A DNA stretch of 64,000 nt, taken from assembly GCA_947457255.1 (NCBI GenBank), contig CANGUZ010000002.1, positions 22,431 to 86,430 on the forward strand, given 5' to 3'. Under the pieces are notes generated by a model. That model worked only from the letters and a program-made list of their open reading frames with translations. It was not told where the DNA came from and ran no database searches. Positions within the stretch are counted from its first letter, which is position 1. Every line of letters starts with the position of its first letter. Both the position numbers and the translations under genes were made by a program. This document shows positions 47,472 through 58,338 of this stretch, piece by piece. The stretch comes from Flavobacteriaceae bacterium. Lineage in GTDB: Bacteria > Bacteroidota > Bacteroidia > Flavobacteriales > Flavobacteriaceae.

Positions 47472-48865
47472 TGAGGCAGGTTGTTGTAGTATGTTTATTG
47501 TTTAGCATTTCGGCTTTTTGTCAAGATATTGATCAAAAGCTAAAAGAATTGAGCTATAATGAATATTTAGGATTTGTAAAAAAATACCATCCTTTAGTAA
47601 AAAATGCAAATTTAGAAGTTAATAAAGCACAAGCTAATTTGATGATGGCTCGTGGTGGTTTTGATCCAAAAATTGAAGTTGATTTTAGCCAAAAACAATT
47701 CAAACAAAGTGAGTATTTTTCAATTTTAAATAGTAGTTTCAAAATTCCAACATGGTATGGAGTAGAAATTAAAGCAGGATTTGACAACAACGAAGGCGTT
47801 TTTTTAAGTCCTGAAAATACCGTTCCAAATCAAGGGCTAACCTCATTAGGAATTGCAGTACCGTTAGGTCAAGGTTTGTGGATCAATCAACGTATGGCCG
47901 ATTTACGAAAAGCAAAAATGCAAATCCGTTTGAGCGATGCTGAAAGAAAACTTCAGGCTATAGCAGTATTGTATGACGCATCAGTAGCTTATTTTAATTG
48001 GAAAAGAACCTATAATGAACTAAAATTATATGAAACTTTTACAAAAAATGCTGAAATTCGGTTTAAAGGGATTCAGTCTTTAATTAGAGAAGGTGACAAA
48101 CCTGCAATTGATAGTGTTGAAGCAGGAATTATTGTAAAAAACAGGCTACTAAGTTTAGAAGATTCTAATTTAAAGTTAACTAAAGCTAAATTAGAACTTT
48201 CTAATTTTTTGTGGCTCGAAAATAACATCCCCTTAGAACTTTCGGACGGAATTATACCAGAATTACTCTTAGACAATACTATACAAGAAACATTACGAAC
48301 TAATGATTTGCTGAACAGTGATTTTTCAATCGAAAACCATCCTAAAATTAATGCATTACAAAGCAAAATAGACATTCTAAATGTAGACAGAAAACTTAAA
48401 GCTAATATGCTATTACCAAAAATAGATGTTGGCTATTCGTATTTATCAGAACCTAGTTATTTTGATGATTATCGGTTTGAAAATTATAAAATAGGCCTGA
48501 ACTTTTATTTTCCTTTGTTTTTAAGAAAGGAAAGAGGAAGTCTAAAAATAGCTAAATTTAAAGTTCAAGAAACTCAATTTACTTTAGATTTAGAAAGAGT
48601 GCAATTGAACAACAAAATAAATGCCCAAAAATTCGAAATACAATCACTTGTTAAACAAAGAAATTTTGTAAAACAATTGGTTAATGACAATTCAATAATG
48701 TTAAGCTCCGAAGAACGTCTTTTTAATTTTGGGGAAAGTTCACTTTTTTTAATCAATACTAGAGAAAATAATTTAGTTTCCTCAAAACTATCTGAAATAG
48801 CCATAGAAAATCGATTCTATATTTCAAATTCAGAGTTGTTTAAAATCATGGCAAATCCAGATTAA
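47471..48865 (+). CDS. TolC family outer-membrane channel
   Basis: YHPL, ARGGFDP, LLPKID, GESSLF. Confidence 0.88.
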   Translation: MRQVVVVCLLFSISAFCQDIDQKLKELSYNEYLGFVKKYHPLVKNANLEVNKAQANLMMARGGFDPKIEVDFSQKQFKQSEYFSILNSSFKIPTWYGVEIKAGFDNNEGVFLSPENTVPNQGLTSLGIAVPLGQGLWINQRMADLRKAKMQIRLSDAERKLQAIAVLYDASVAYFNWKRTYNELKLYETFTKNAEIRFKGIQSLIREGDKPAIDSVEAGIIVKNRLLSLEDSNLKLTKAKLELSNFLWLENNIPLELSDGIIPELLLDNTIQETLRTNDLLNSDFSIENHPKINALQSKIDILNVDRKLKANMLLPKIDVGYSYLSEPSYFDDYRFENYKIGLNFYFPLFLRKERGSLKIAKFKVQETQFTLDLERVQLNNKINAQKFEIQSLVKQRNFVKQLVNDNSIMLSSEERLFNFGESSLFLINTRENNLVSSKLSEIAIENRFYISNSELFKIMANPD

Positions 48866-48907
48866 ATGATATAAAATGGTTACTTTTGCCGCTTGTAAAA
48901 TGCAATT

Positions 48908-49726
48908 ATGATTATTCAGAAAACACGAGAGCAAATAGAGTTAATGCGAGAAAGCGCTTTAATTGTTTCAAAAACTTTGGGAATGATTGCCAGCGAGATT
49001 AAACCTGGTGTTTCTACTTTATATCTTGACAAACTTGCTGAAGAATTTATTAGAGATCATGGTGCCGTACCTAGCTTTTTAGGTTTATACGGTTTCCCGA
49101 ACTCGCTTTGTATGAGTCCGAATGCACAAGTAGTACACGGAATTCCAAACGACAAGCCTTTAGAAAGCGGAGATGTAATCTCAGTTGATTGCGGCGCTTT
49201 TAAAAATGGTTTTCATGGCGATCATGCCTATTCATTTGAAATAGGAGAAGTCGCTGAAGAAACTAAAAAGCTTCTCAAAGTAACCAAAGAAAGTTTATAT
49301 GTTGGTATTCGAGAATTTAAAGCAGGAAATCGTGTAGAAGATGTAGGCAATGCAATTCAAAAATATACCGAAAGTCATGGTTATGGCGTGGTTCGAGAAT
49401 TAGTAGGCCACGGTTTAGGACAAAAAATGCATGAAGATCCTGAAATGCCAAATTATGGAAAAAGAGGGAGAGGTAAACTTTTTGTTGAAGGAATGGTAGT
49501 TGCAATCGAACCCATGATAAACATGGGAACTCGAAATATTAAACAACTAAAAGACGGGTGGACTATACTTACCGCAGACGGAAAACCAAGTGCGCATTTT
49601 GAACATGATGTTGCAATAATTGATGGTAAGCCAGAAATTTTATCGACTTTTGCTTATATCTACAAAGCGCTAGGAATTGAAAGCAATGAAGAAGATGAGT
49701 TTAGAAAAGTGCCATTAGTTATTTAA
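48908..49726 (+). CDS. map: Type I methionine aminopeptidase
   Basis: VVHGIP, GHGLG, HEDP, AIEPM, SAHFEH. Confidence 0.97.
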   Translation: MIIQKTREQIELMRESALIVSKTLGMIASEIKPGVSTLYLDKLAEEFIRDHGAVPSFLGLYGFPNSLCMSPNAQVVHGIPNDKPLESGDVISVDCGAFKNGFHGDHAYSFEIGEVAEETKKLLKVTKESLYVGIREFKAGNRVEDVGNAIQKYTESHGYGVVRELVGHGLGQKMHEDPEMPNYGKRGRGKLFVEGMVVAIEPMINMGTRNIKQLKDGWTILTADGKPSAHFEHDVAIIDGKPEILSTFAYIYKALGIESNEEDEFRKVPLVI

Positions 49727-49742
49727 TATTCATTTCAATACC

Positions 49743-50516
49743 ATGAAAAATATTTTCAAATTTATTCTCAATACCATTCCTCGTCCACTATTAATCCGGT
49801 TGAGTTATATTGCACGTCCAATTCTTGCATTTATACTTAAAGGAAACAAATATACCGATCCTATAGACGGTAAAAGTTTTAGTCAATTTTTACCCTATGG
49901 TTATGGTACACAAAGAAACAATGTGCTTTCTCCAAGTACATTATCGCTTGAAAGGCATCGTTTACTTTGGCTTTATTTAAAAACTGAAACCGATTTTTTT
50001 ACTTCAAAAACGAAAAAGAAAGTGTTGCATTTTGCTCCTGAGCAAGCTTTCTATAAAATATTCCGAAATCAGGAAAACTTAGACTACACCACAACCGATT
50101 TATTATCGCCTTTAGCTGACGTCAAAGCTGACATTTGTAATTTGCCTTTTGACGATAATTCATACGATATTATTTTTTGCAATCATGTTTTAGAACACAT
50201 TCCAGATGATACTAAAGCAATGGAAGAATTGTTCAGAGTTTTAAAACCTGGCGGAATGGGGGTTTTTCAAATCCCGCAAGACTTAACAAGAACTACTACT
50301 TTTTCAGATGACACTATTACTGATCAGAAAGAGCGTTCTAAAATATTTGGACAATACGATCACGTTCGAATATATGGCCTAGACTATTTTGACAAGTTAA
50401 GAAGTATAGGTTTTACCGTTGTAGAAGAAGATTATACCAAAAAAATAAACCCTGAATTGGTCGATAAATATTGTTTGGCAAAAGGAGAAATTATCCCTGT
50501 TTGTTTTAAAAAATAA
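49743..50516 (+). CDS. Class I SAM-dependent methyltransferase-like protein
   Basis: SLERHR, LHFAPE, CNHVLEH, RVLKPGG. Confidence 0.85.
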   Translation: MKNIFKFILNTIPRPLLIRLSYIARPILAFILKGNKYTDPIDGKSFSQFLPYGYGTQRNNVLSPSTLSLERHRLLWLYLKTETDFFTSKTKKKVLHFAPEQAFYKIFRNQENLDYTTTDLLSPLADVKADICNLPFDDNSYDIIFCNHVLEHIPDDTKAMEELFRVLKPGGMGVFQIPQDLTRTTTFSDDTITDQKERSKIFGQYDHVRIYGLDYFDKLRSIGFTVVEEDYTKKINPELVDKYCLAKGEIIPVCFKK

Positions 50517-50600
50517 TTTTAGAGATAATAAAATTTCAAAAAGTCAATTTTTTTTAGGCATATTTATTGTTATATTTACAGTTCATAATATCATTTATAT

Positions 50601-51854
50601 ATGATGAATAACTTAAAAATAACTTTAATCGTATCCTTTTTTTTTAATGTAACTTTTGGACAAATCGAAAAAGAAGTTGTTGCTCCTTATAACATTAAAA
50701 CAATTTCCTTTGTTCAAAACGCACAAAACACTATTCCAATATTTAAATTAGGCGATTCATTTCAGTTGCAATTTGACGACTTATACGGTAATGAAGCTAA
50801 TTATTACTACAAATTTGTGCATTGTGATTATGATTGGAAACCATCACAACTTTCAATAAATGAATATTTGAGAGGTTTTGATGAAATTAGAATACAAGAC
50901 TACGTAAATTCATTCAATACACTTCAACTCTATTCCCATTACAGAATACAGTTTCCAAATAAAAACACTAGTTTATTAGTGAGTGGAAATTATATGATAA
51001 AAATTCTAAACGAAGAACGTGAGGTAGTATTTTCAAGAAAATTTATTTTGTATGAAGATTTAGTTTCTGTACCCTTGCAAGTAAAAGTGGCTAGAAATGT
51101 AAAAGATGTAAATGCAAAACACAATCTTGATTTCGCTATAAAATCAACAGATATTGTTTTCCAAAGTCCAATAAAAAACGTAAAAGTGTTATTGCTTCAA
51201 AACGGCAAATTTAGTAATGCAATTACTGATGTAAAACCTATGTATACTATTGGCAACGACCTAATTTACAAATATGATACTGAAACCCAATTTTGGGCTG
51301 GAAATGAGTATTTGTTTTTTGAAAACAAAGATATCAGAGGCGCTAATAACAGCATAGGACGTATTGAATCTGGAGGAGGAACCTACAACGCCTATCTATA
51401 TACAAATAATGCAAGAGGTAAAAACCCATATACCTTTTTTCCAGACGCTAATGGTAATTTTATTGTAAAAAACATAAATGCTGAAAATAATGAGATAGAA
51501 GCTGATTATGCATGGATATTCTTCAGTCTCTCTGCCCCTTCCTATTATGGCAAAGATGATATTTATGTTAGTGGAATGTTCAACAATTTTGCGCTAATTC
51601 CTGAATACAAAATGGACTATAATGAAACTAAGGGTATTTATGAAAAAGCAATTATGATAAAACAAGGCTTTACCAATTATGAATATGTTATTGCTGATAA
51701 AAATGGTAAAGTTGATGCCGAAAATGCTTTAGATGGAAATTATTTTCAAACAGAAAGCAACTATTCTGTTATTGTTTACTATAGAGAAAACAATCAACGC
51801 TATGATCGCGTAATTGGAAAAGGTTCAGCATCGTCCATAAACATTATAAATTAA
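50601..51854 (+). CDS. DUF5103 protein / T9SS Plug
   Basis: LQFDDL, HCDYDW, SFNT..YSHY, SGNY, KQGFTNY, YDRVIG. Confidence 0.75.
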   Translation: MMNNLKITLIVSFFFNVTFGQIEKEVVAPYNIKTISFVQNAQNTIPIFKLGDSFQLQFDDLYGNEANYYYKFVHCDYDWKPSQLSINEYLRGFDEIRIQDYVNSFNTLQLYSHYRIQFPNKNTSLLVSGNYMIKILNEEREVVFSRKFILYEDLVSVPLQVKVARNVKDVNAKHNLDFAIKSTDIVFQSPIKNVKVLLLQNGKFSNAITDVKPMYTIGNDLIYKYDTETQFWAGNEYLFFENKDIRGANNSIGRIESGGGTYNAYLYTNNARGKNPYTFFPDANGNFIVKNINAENNEIEADYAWIFFSLSAPSYYGKDDIYVSGMFNNFALIPEYKMDYNETKGIYEKAIMIKQGFTNYEYVIADKNGKVDAENALDGNYFQTESNYSVIVYYRENNQRYDRVIGKGSASSINIIN

Positions 51855-51933
51855 TCAATTCATAAATTTAATCTAGAATTTAGATTTTGAAAAGTAATTT
51901 TCGTAAATTTGTGCTGATAAATAGCATATTACA

Positions 51934-52320
51934 ATGGTTTCGCAAATAACAAGAGGAATAAAAATTTCAGTTTTAACGACTTTTGAAGGAACATACTTCA
52001 AGAATCACAAAATTCATTTTGCCTTTAGTTATGAAATTACTATCGAAAATCAAGGAAAAGATTCTGTACAACTCATTTCTCGTCATTGGGAAATTTTCGA
52101 TTCTCTAAACAACATAGAAATTGTAGATGGCGAAGGAGTAATAGGAAAAAAACCCGTTCTAAAATCTGGAGAATCTCATACTTACAGTTCAGGTTGCTTG
52201 CTTTCCTCTCCTTTTGGCTCTATGAAAGGTCATTTTAATATGGTAAATTTTACCACCACTAAAAATTTTAAAGTTATAGTTCCTTCTTTTAAATTGAGTG
52301 CCCCTTTTGCATTGAATTAA
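51934..52320 (+). CDS. apaG: ApaG protein
   Basis: VQLISRHWEI, GEGVIG..P, YSSGC. Confidence 0.93.
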   Translation: MVSQITRGIKISVLTTFEGTYFKNHKIHFAFSYEITIENQGKDSVQLISRHWEIFDSLNNIEIVDGEGVIGKKPVLKSGESHTYSSGCLLSSPFGSMKGHFNMVNFTTTKNFKVIVPSFKLSAPFALN

Positions 52321-52481
52321 TTTCATTAAAGAGCTACAAAATTTTAATTTAAAAAGGAAATGTTTCGTATAATCGCGATTTCATTTTCAAATTATCAAAA
52401 TATCCTTTGTACTTTTGTTTAGTCTTATAGATACAATATTATTTAAAAGGGTAACCTCAACAAATATTTTAATTTAAAAAT

Positions 52482-54110
52482 ATGCTAAAAGGATTTTTTC
52501 ATGTACCAAAAGCAGTTAACGAACCTGTAAAATCGTATGCTCCAAATTCTACAGAAAAAGCAAATGTTCTTGCGGCTTACAAAGAAATGTGGAATTCTAA
52601 AATCGAAGTGCCTCTCTATATTGGTAGCGAACAGATAAGAACTGGTAATACCAGAAACATGACTGCGCCGCACGATCACAAACACATCGTTGGAACCTAT
52701 CATATTGCAGAAAAATCACATATAGAAAGCGCCATTGCAAATGCTCTTGAAGCAAAAACAAAATGGGCAAATTTGGCTTGGGAACAACGAGCGGCCATTT
52801 TCTTAAAAGCTGCCGAATTAATTGCTGGCCCTTACAGAGCTAAAATAAACGCCGCAACAATGATTGCGCAATCTAAAAACATATACCAAGCAGAAATAGA
52901 CGCTTCATGCGAATTGATTGACTTTTTACGTTATAATGTAGAATTCATGACACAAATTTATAACGACCAACCAAAATCAGATTCTTTGGTTTGGAATCGT
53001 TTAGAATACCGTCCGTTAGAAGGTTTTGTATATGCGATTACGCCTTTTAATTTTACGGCCATTGCTGCAAATTTACCTGCAAGCGCAGCTATGATGGGCA
53101 ATGTTGTGATTTGGAAACCAAGTGACAGCCAAGTTTTTTCGGCAAAAATTATTATTGATGTTTTCAAAGAAGCTGGTGTTCCAGATGGCGTTATAAATGT
53201 TGTTTTTGGAGATGCCCAAATGATTAGCGATACCGTTTTTGCAAGTCGTGATTTTGCAGGTGTTCATTTTACGGGTTCTACACATGTTTTCAAAGACATC
53301 TGGAAAACCATTGGAACCAATATTCATCATTATAAAACCTATCCTAGAATCGTAGGCGAAACTGGCGGAAAAGATTTTATTGTTGCGCATCAAAGTGCGA
53401 ATGTAAAACAAGTAGTTACAGGTATTGTTCGTGGTGCATTTGAATTTCAAGGTCAAAAATGCTCCGCAGCTTCTAGAACTTACATTCCTCAAAGTTTATG
53501 GAATGAGGTGAAATCACAATTAATTTTTGATGTAAAATCATTAAAGATGGGCTCTCCAGAAGATTTTGGTAATTTTATTACTGCCGTTATTCATGAGGGG
53601 TCGTTTGATAAATTAGCAAAATATATTGATCAAGCAAAAGCAGATTCTGATGCTGAAATTATTGTTGGAGGTAATTATGATAAATCTGTTGGCTATTTTA
53701 TTGAACCAACAGTTATTGTGACTACAAATCCAAAATACACTACAATGGAAACAGAATTGTTTGGCCCAATAGTTACCATTTATGTATATGAAGATGCTAA
53801 ATGGGCAGAAACTTTACAACTCATAGATAACACTTCAGAATACGCTTTAACAGGAGCTATTTTTAGTCAAGATCGATATGCTATTGAGGAAGCTACAATT
53901 ACCTTGCAAAATGCTGCAGGAAATCTCTATGTAAATGATAAACCAACAGGAGCTGTGGTAGGAATGCAACCTTTTGGAGGTGCAAGAGCTTCAGGGACCA
54001 ATGACAAAGCGGGTTCGGCACTAAACTTATTACGTTGGGTTTCTCCAAGAACAATCAAAGAAACTTTTGTTACACCCGAAGATTATAGGTATCCTTTTTT
54101 AGGAGAATAA
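52482..54110 (+). CDS. pruA: L-glutamate gamma-semialdehyde (P5C) dehydrogenase
   Basis: PFNFTAI, FTGST, ETGGK, QGQKCSA, QPFGGARASGTNDK. Confidence 0.95.
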   Translation: MLKGFFHVPKAVNEPVKSYAPNSTEKANVLAAYKEMWNSKIEVPLYIGSEQIRTGNTRNMTAPHDHKHIVGTYHIAEKSHIESAIANALEAKTKWANLAWEQRAAIFLKAAELIAGPYRAKINAATMIAQSKNIYQAEIDASCELIDFLRYNVEFMTQIYNDQPKSDSLVWNRLEYRPLEGFVYAITPFNFTAIAANLPASAAMMGNVVIWKPSDSQVFSAKIIIDVFKEAGVPDGVINVVFGDAQMISDTVFASRDFAGVHFTGSTHVFKDIWKTIGTNIHHYKTYPRIVGETGGKDFIVAHQSANVKQVVTGIVRGAFEFQGQKCSAASRTYIPQSLWNEVKSQLIFDVKSLKMGSPEDFGNFITAVIHEGSFDKLAKYIDQAKADSDAEIIVGGNYDKSVGYFIEPTVIVTTNPKYTTMETELFGPIVTIYVYEDAKWAETLQLIDNTSEYALTGAIFSQDRYAIEEATITLQNAAGNLYVNDKPTGAVVGMQPFGGARASGTNDKAGSALNLLRWVSPRTIKETFVTPEDYRYPFLGE

Positions 54111-54215
54111 AAATATTTTTTTGTAGAAAGTTCAACTTAAAAATTGAGCTTTTTTTTAAAGTATAAAACACACATATTCTTTTGTATATTTGGTTTCCTT
54201 TTAATGGCTTAAATT

Positions 54216-55217
54216 ATGAATCTAAAATTACTTCTTTTACTTGTCTTTTTTTCAACTTTAAGTTATGCTCAAGTTCCTATTAGTACTTATTTTACTGGAG
54301 CTACAGACCCGTCTGTTTATGACATAGTAACCTCAAGCGTTCCACTTGACCAAACTGCTTCAGGCGCAAATTTAGTTTGGGATTTTAATCAACTAACTAA
54401 AGTTGGAGAATCTATTGATTATATTTCATCTCCTACAGCTTCTGAAATAACTACTTATCCTAAAAGTACAACAATAGTAGCTAATGCCACATCCAAAATT
54501 TATTACTCAAAAGCAGCTAATGCACTATCAATTACGGGTTTAAAAAATAACGATTTAGAATTAAATTATATAACTAATAATGCAACAATAGGTAATTTTC
54601 CGTTAAATTACGGCTATTCAAATACTGATACAACTGCTGGAACTTATATTTACGGTATGTATTTAGGAACTTTTACCGGTACAATTACGACATCTTTTGA
54701 ATCGTACGGAACACTTAATTTGAATGATACTGGAAATGGTCCTTTTAATAATGCTGTATCTCGGTTAAAAACAGTGCAAAACATTTCTTTAAATTATGGC
54801 ATATTAACCAACGTAGGAACCGCGACACAAACCACTTATAATTATTATGACGCCACGAATGGGTCCAATAGTCTTGTATTCAGAAACACTACCGTAACTG
54901 TAAGTGTTCCTTTACTGGGTATTAATCAAACCTCAACACAAATCGAGAGGTTTGTCACGATGCTATTAGGAACTAATGAAAACACATTACAATCAAGTTC
55001 CATACAAATAATTCCGAATCCAATTGAAGATGTTTTGAATTTTACCACCAATCTTAAAATAAACTCTATAAACATATCTGATATACATGCTAGAGTAATA
55101 TTAGAAAGTAATGTTATAAGAAACGTTATAAATCTAGCCCATTTACAAAGAGGCGTATATTTTGTTACTTTCAATACTGATAAAGGTTCTCAAGTTCGAA
55201 AAATAATCAAAAAATAA
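54216..55217 (+). CDS. T9SS type A CTD secreted protein, Thr/Asn-rich
   Basis: Signal peptide, GANLVWDF, IIPNP..RGVYFV..KIIKK. Confidence 0.85.
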   Translation: MNLKLLLLLVFFSTLSYAQVPISTYFTGATDPSVYDIVTSSVPLDQTASGANLVWDFNQLTKVGESIDYISSPTASEITTYPKSTTIVANATSKIYYSKAANALSITGLKNNDLELNYITNNATIGNFPLNYGYSNTDTTAGTYIYGMYLGTFTGTITTSFESYGTLNLNDTGNGPFNNAVSRLKTVQNISLNYGILTNVGTATQTTYNYYDATNGSNSLVFRNTTVTVSVPLLGINQTSTQIERFVTMLLGTNENTLQSSSIQIIPNPIEDVLNFTTNLKINSINISDIHARVILESNVIRNVINLAHLQRGVYFVTFNTDKGSQVRKIIKK

Positions 55218-55229
55218 ATTTTTTATTGT

Positions 55230-55859
55230 TTAAGTTTTAAATTTCAAAGGCAAATACACTACTTTTTTCGTTTCAAAAAATTCGGCATCAAAAAATTCCG
55301 AAATATTGTATTCGATGGCGTTAGGGAAAAGCTTCAACTCTTCAGTTAAATCGCCCCCTTTTAAGTAAAGTATACCATTTTTCAACTCGTGTTTTTGTTG
55401 TTTTTTGATTTTATCTTTTATCCAAGAAACAAAATCAGGCATATTAGTGACGGCGCGACTAACAATAAAGTCAAAATCACCTTTCACATTTTCGGCACGA
55501 ATTTGTTCTGCTTTAACGTTTTTCAATTCTAAAGCTTCTACAACAGCTTTTACTATATTTATTTTTTTCAGAATCACATCTATCAAATAAAATCTTGTTT
55601 CTGGAAATAAAATCGCTAACGGAATACCCGGAAAGCCTCCTCCTGTTCCCACATCTAAGATGTATGTTCCTGGTTCAAACTTTTGAATTTTAGCTATAGC
55701 CAACGAATGAAGTACGTGTTTCGTATACAACTGATCAATATCTTTTCGTGAAATTACATTAATTTTCGCGTTCCAATCTTGATATAAATTAGATAATCTT
55801 TCAAATTGTTCTTTCTGAACATCCGTAATTTCGGGAAAACACTTAAGAATTTCTTCCAT
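55230..55859 (-). CDS. rsmG: 16S rRNA m7G527 methyltransferase
   Basis: WNAKINVIS, DVGTGGGFPGIPLA, VSRAV, LKGG. Confidence 0.96.
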   Translation of the reverse strand: MEEILKCFPEITDVQKEQFERLSNLYQDWNAKINVISRKDIDQLYTKHVLHSLAIAKIQKFEPGTYILDVGTGGGFPGIPLAILFPETRFYLIDVILKKINIVKAVVEALELKNVKAEQIRAENVKGDFDFIVSRAVTNMPDFVSWIKDKIKKQQKHELKNGILYLKGGDLTEELKLFPNAIEYNISEFFDAEFFETKKVVYLPLKFKT

Positions 55860-55964
55860 TCTTTATTTTTTTAACAAAAGTAATACTTTAGAGTTGAAAT
55901 ATTTATATCAATTTTGGCAAACAAAAATTTATAATAATTACCTTTGTCTTTTTATATAAAAAAT

Positions 55965-57065
55965 ATGAATAATACCACCCCAAATTTTGCAAAGCAAGAT
56001 AACCTAAAGTTTTTTAGAACTTTAAATACTAAAGTCAATAATTACTTCAAAGAAAACAATATCCAAAAAACAGGAAATTGGAGATTGCATTTAAAAACAA
56101 TTATACTTTTTACAGTTTTTTTGACCCCTTATTTTTTAATCATAACATTGACTGACATGCCTTTTTGGTTGTTTTTTGTTCTTTCAATTGTTATTGGAAT
56201 TGGAATGGCAGGAATTGGAATGAATGTAATGCATGATGGCAATCATGGTTCATACTCTAATAAAAACTGGATTAATAAATTCATGGGGGGAACCATTTAT
56301 ATTTTAGCGGGTAATGTATACAATTGGCAAGTTCAACATAATGTTTTACACCATACTTATACTAATATTCCTGGCCATGACGAAGACTTAGATGCTGGTC
56401 GTGTCATTCGATTTACCAAAAATGCAAAATGGTATAGCTTTCATAAATTCCAACACTATTATTCTGTTTTTCTTTATGGTTTATTGACCTTCAATTGGTG
56501 TTTGACTACCGATTTTAAACAAATGAAAGCGTATTTAAAAAGAAACCTTTCATATGGTGAAGCTAAAAAACCAAAAATACTTTGGACAACTCTAGTAATT
56601 ACAAAAATTATTTATTTTTCGGTTTGGATTGTACTTCCAATAATTTTAGGTGTTATATGGTGGAAAGTTTTAATTGGATTTTTTGTCATGCACTACACCG
56701 CAGGATTAATTTTAAGCATAGTTTTTCAGTTGGCGCATATTGTAGATGAAACAGTAAATCCGCAACCTAATGAATCTGGAGAAATAGAAAACACATGGGC
56801 TATACATCAATTGTTTACCACCGTTAATTTTGCTCCAAAAAATTGGATCGTAAATTGGTATACTGGAGGCTTAAATCACCAAATTGAGCATCATTTGTTT
56901 CCAAATATTAGTCATATTCATTATAGCAAAATAGCACAATTTGTAAAAGAAACAGCTCAAGATTGCAATTTACCTTATCATGAATACAAAACAATGAGAA
57001 GTGCCGTAATTGCACATTTTAAACATTTAAAAGATTTAGGACTAAAACCAGAATTAACCTCATAA
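55965..57065 (+). CDS. Membrane fatty acid desaturase
   Basis: His boxes HDGNH, HNVLHH, QIEHHLFP. Confidence 0.92.
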   Translation: MNNTTPNFAKQDNLKFFRTLNTKVNNYFKENNIQKTGNWRLHLKTIILFTVFLTPYFLIITLTDMPFWLFFVLSIVIGIGMAGIGMNVMHDGNHGSYSNKNWINKFMGGTIYILAGNVYNWQVQHNVLHHTYTNIPGHDEDLDAGRVIRFTKNAKWYSFHKFQHYYSVFLYGLLTFNWCLTTDFKQMKAYLKRNLSYGEAKKPKILWTTLVITKIIYFSVWIVLPIILGVIWWKVLIGFFVMHYTAGLILSIVFQLAHIVDETVNPQPNESGEIENTWAIHQLFTTVNFAPKNWIVNWYTGGLNHQIEHHLFPNISHIHYSKIAQFVKETAQDCNLPYHEYKTMRSAVIAHFKHLKDLGLKPELTS

Positions 57066-57088
57066 TTAAGCACATAAATTTATTTAAA

Positions 57089-58291
57089 ATGAATCCATTA
57101 TCAGATAGAATTAACAATCTAGCTACATCACAAACATTAGCCATGGCTGCTTTAGCCAGAGAATTAAAAGCACAAGGAAAAGACATTATAAGTTTAAGTT
57201 TGGGCGAACCCGATTTCAATACGCCTGATTTCATTAAAGAAGCTGCAAAAAAAGCTATTGACGAAAATTACAGCACATATTCTCCAGTAGAAGGATATGC
57301 AGAATTGAAAGAAGCTATTTGCAGAAAATTCAAAAGAGACAACGGACTAGACTACAAACCATCTCAAATTGTAGTTTCTACAGGAGCAAAACAATCTTTA
57401 TACAACATTGCACAAGTAATGTTAAACGACGGCGACGAAGTAATTTTGCCAGCACCTTACTGGGTTTCTTATTTCGAAATCGTAAAATTATCAGGAGGAG
57501 TTCCTGTAGAAGTACCAACTTCTGTAGATACTGATTTTAAAATTACTCCAGAGCAATTAGAAGCTGCAATTACTCCAAAAACAAAAATGATGTGGTTCAG
57601 TTCACCTTGTAACCCAAGTGGATCTGTTTACAATAGAGAAGAATTAACAGCGTTGGCAAAAGTATTAGAGAAATATCCAAACATTTATGTTGTTGCAGAT
57701 GAAATTTACGAACATATCAATTTCTCAGGAACTTTTTGCAGCATCGGATCTATTCCAGGAATGCTAGAAAGAACCATTACCGTAAATGGAGTTGCAAAAG
57801 CATTTGCTATGACAGGATGGAGAATTGGATACATTGGAGCTCCTGAATTTATCGCAAAAGCCTGTACAAAAATTCAAGGTCAAGTAACAAGTGGCGCCAA
57901 TAGTATTGCCCAACGCGCTACTATTACTGCTGTAGATGCTGACCCATCAGTATTGAAACATATGGTTGATGCTTTTCACAGTCGTAGAGATTTAGTAGTA
58001 GGATTATTAAAAGATATTCCTGGAATTAAGATAAACGTTCCAGAAGGTGCTTTCTACGTTTTTCCGGACGTTTCATCTTTCTTCGGTAAAACACTAAAAG
58101 GAACTTTTATTAAAGATGCGAATGACTTTTCTATGTATTTATTAGCAGAAGCTAATGTAGCTACTGTAACTGGTGATGCATTTGGAAATCCAGATTGTAT
58201 CCGTTTTTCATACGCCACAAGCGATGATCTATTGAAAGAAGCTTTACGAAGAATAAAAGAAGCCGTAACAAATTCAGAAATATTAGTATAA
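57089..58291 (+). CDS. aspC: Aspartate aminotransferase (class I PLP)
   Basis: GEPDF, PCNPSG, DEIY, KAFAMTGWRIG. Confidence 0.88.
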   Translation: MNPLSDRINNLATSQTLAMAALARELKAQGKDIISLSLGEPDFNTPDFIKEAAKKAIDENYSTYSPVEGYAELKEAICRKFKRDNGLDYKPSQIVVSTGAKQSLYNIAQVMLNDGDEVILPAPYWVSYFEIVKLSGGVPVEVPTSVDTDFKITPEQLEAAITPKTKMMWFSSPCNPSGSVYNREELTALAKVLEKYPNIYVVADEIYEHINFSGTFCSIGSIPGMLERTITVNGVAKAFAMTGWRIGYIGAPEFIAKACTKIQGQVTSGANSIAQRATITAVDADPSVLKHMVDAFHSRRDLVVGLLKDIPGIKINVPEGAFYVFPDVSSFFGKTLKGTFIKDANDFSMYLLAEANVATVTGDAFGNPDCIRFSYATSDDLLKEALRRIKEAVTNSEILV

Positions 58292-58295
58292 ACCC

Positions 58296-58325
58296 AAAGC
58301 CTCAGGAAATCTTGAGGCTTTTTTT
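58296..58325 (+). terminator. Intrinsic terminator
   Basis: AAAGCCTCAGGA/TCTTGAGGCTTT followed by a T-run. Confidence 0.8.
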
Positions 58326-58338
58326 AATCTTTTTAATC

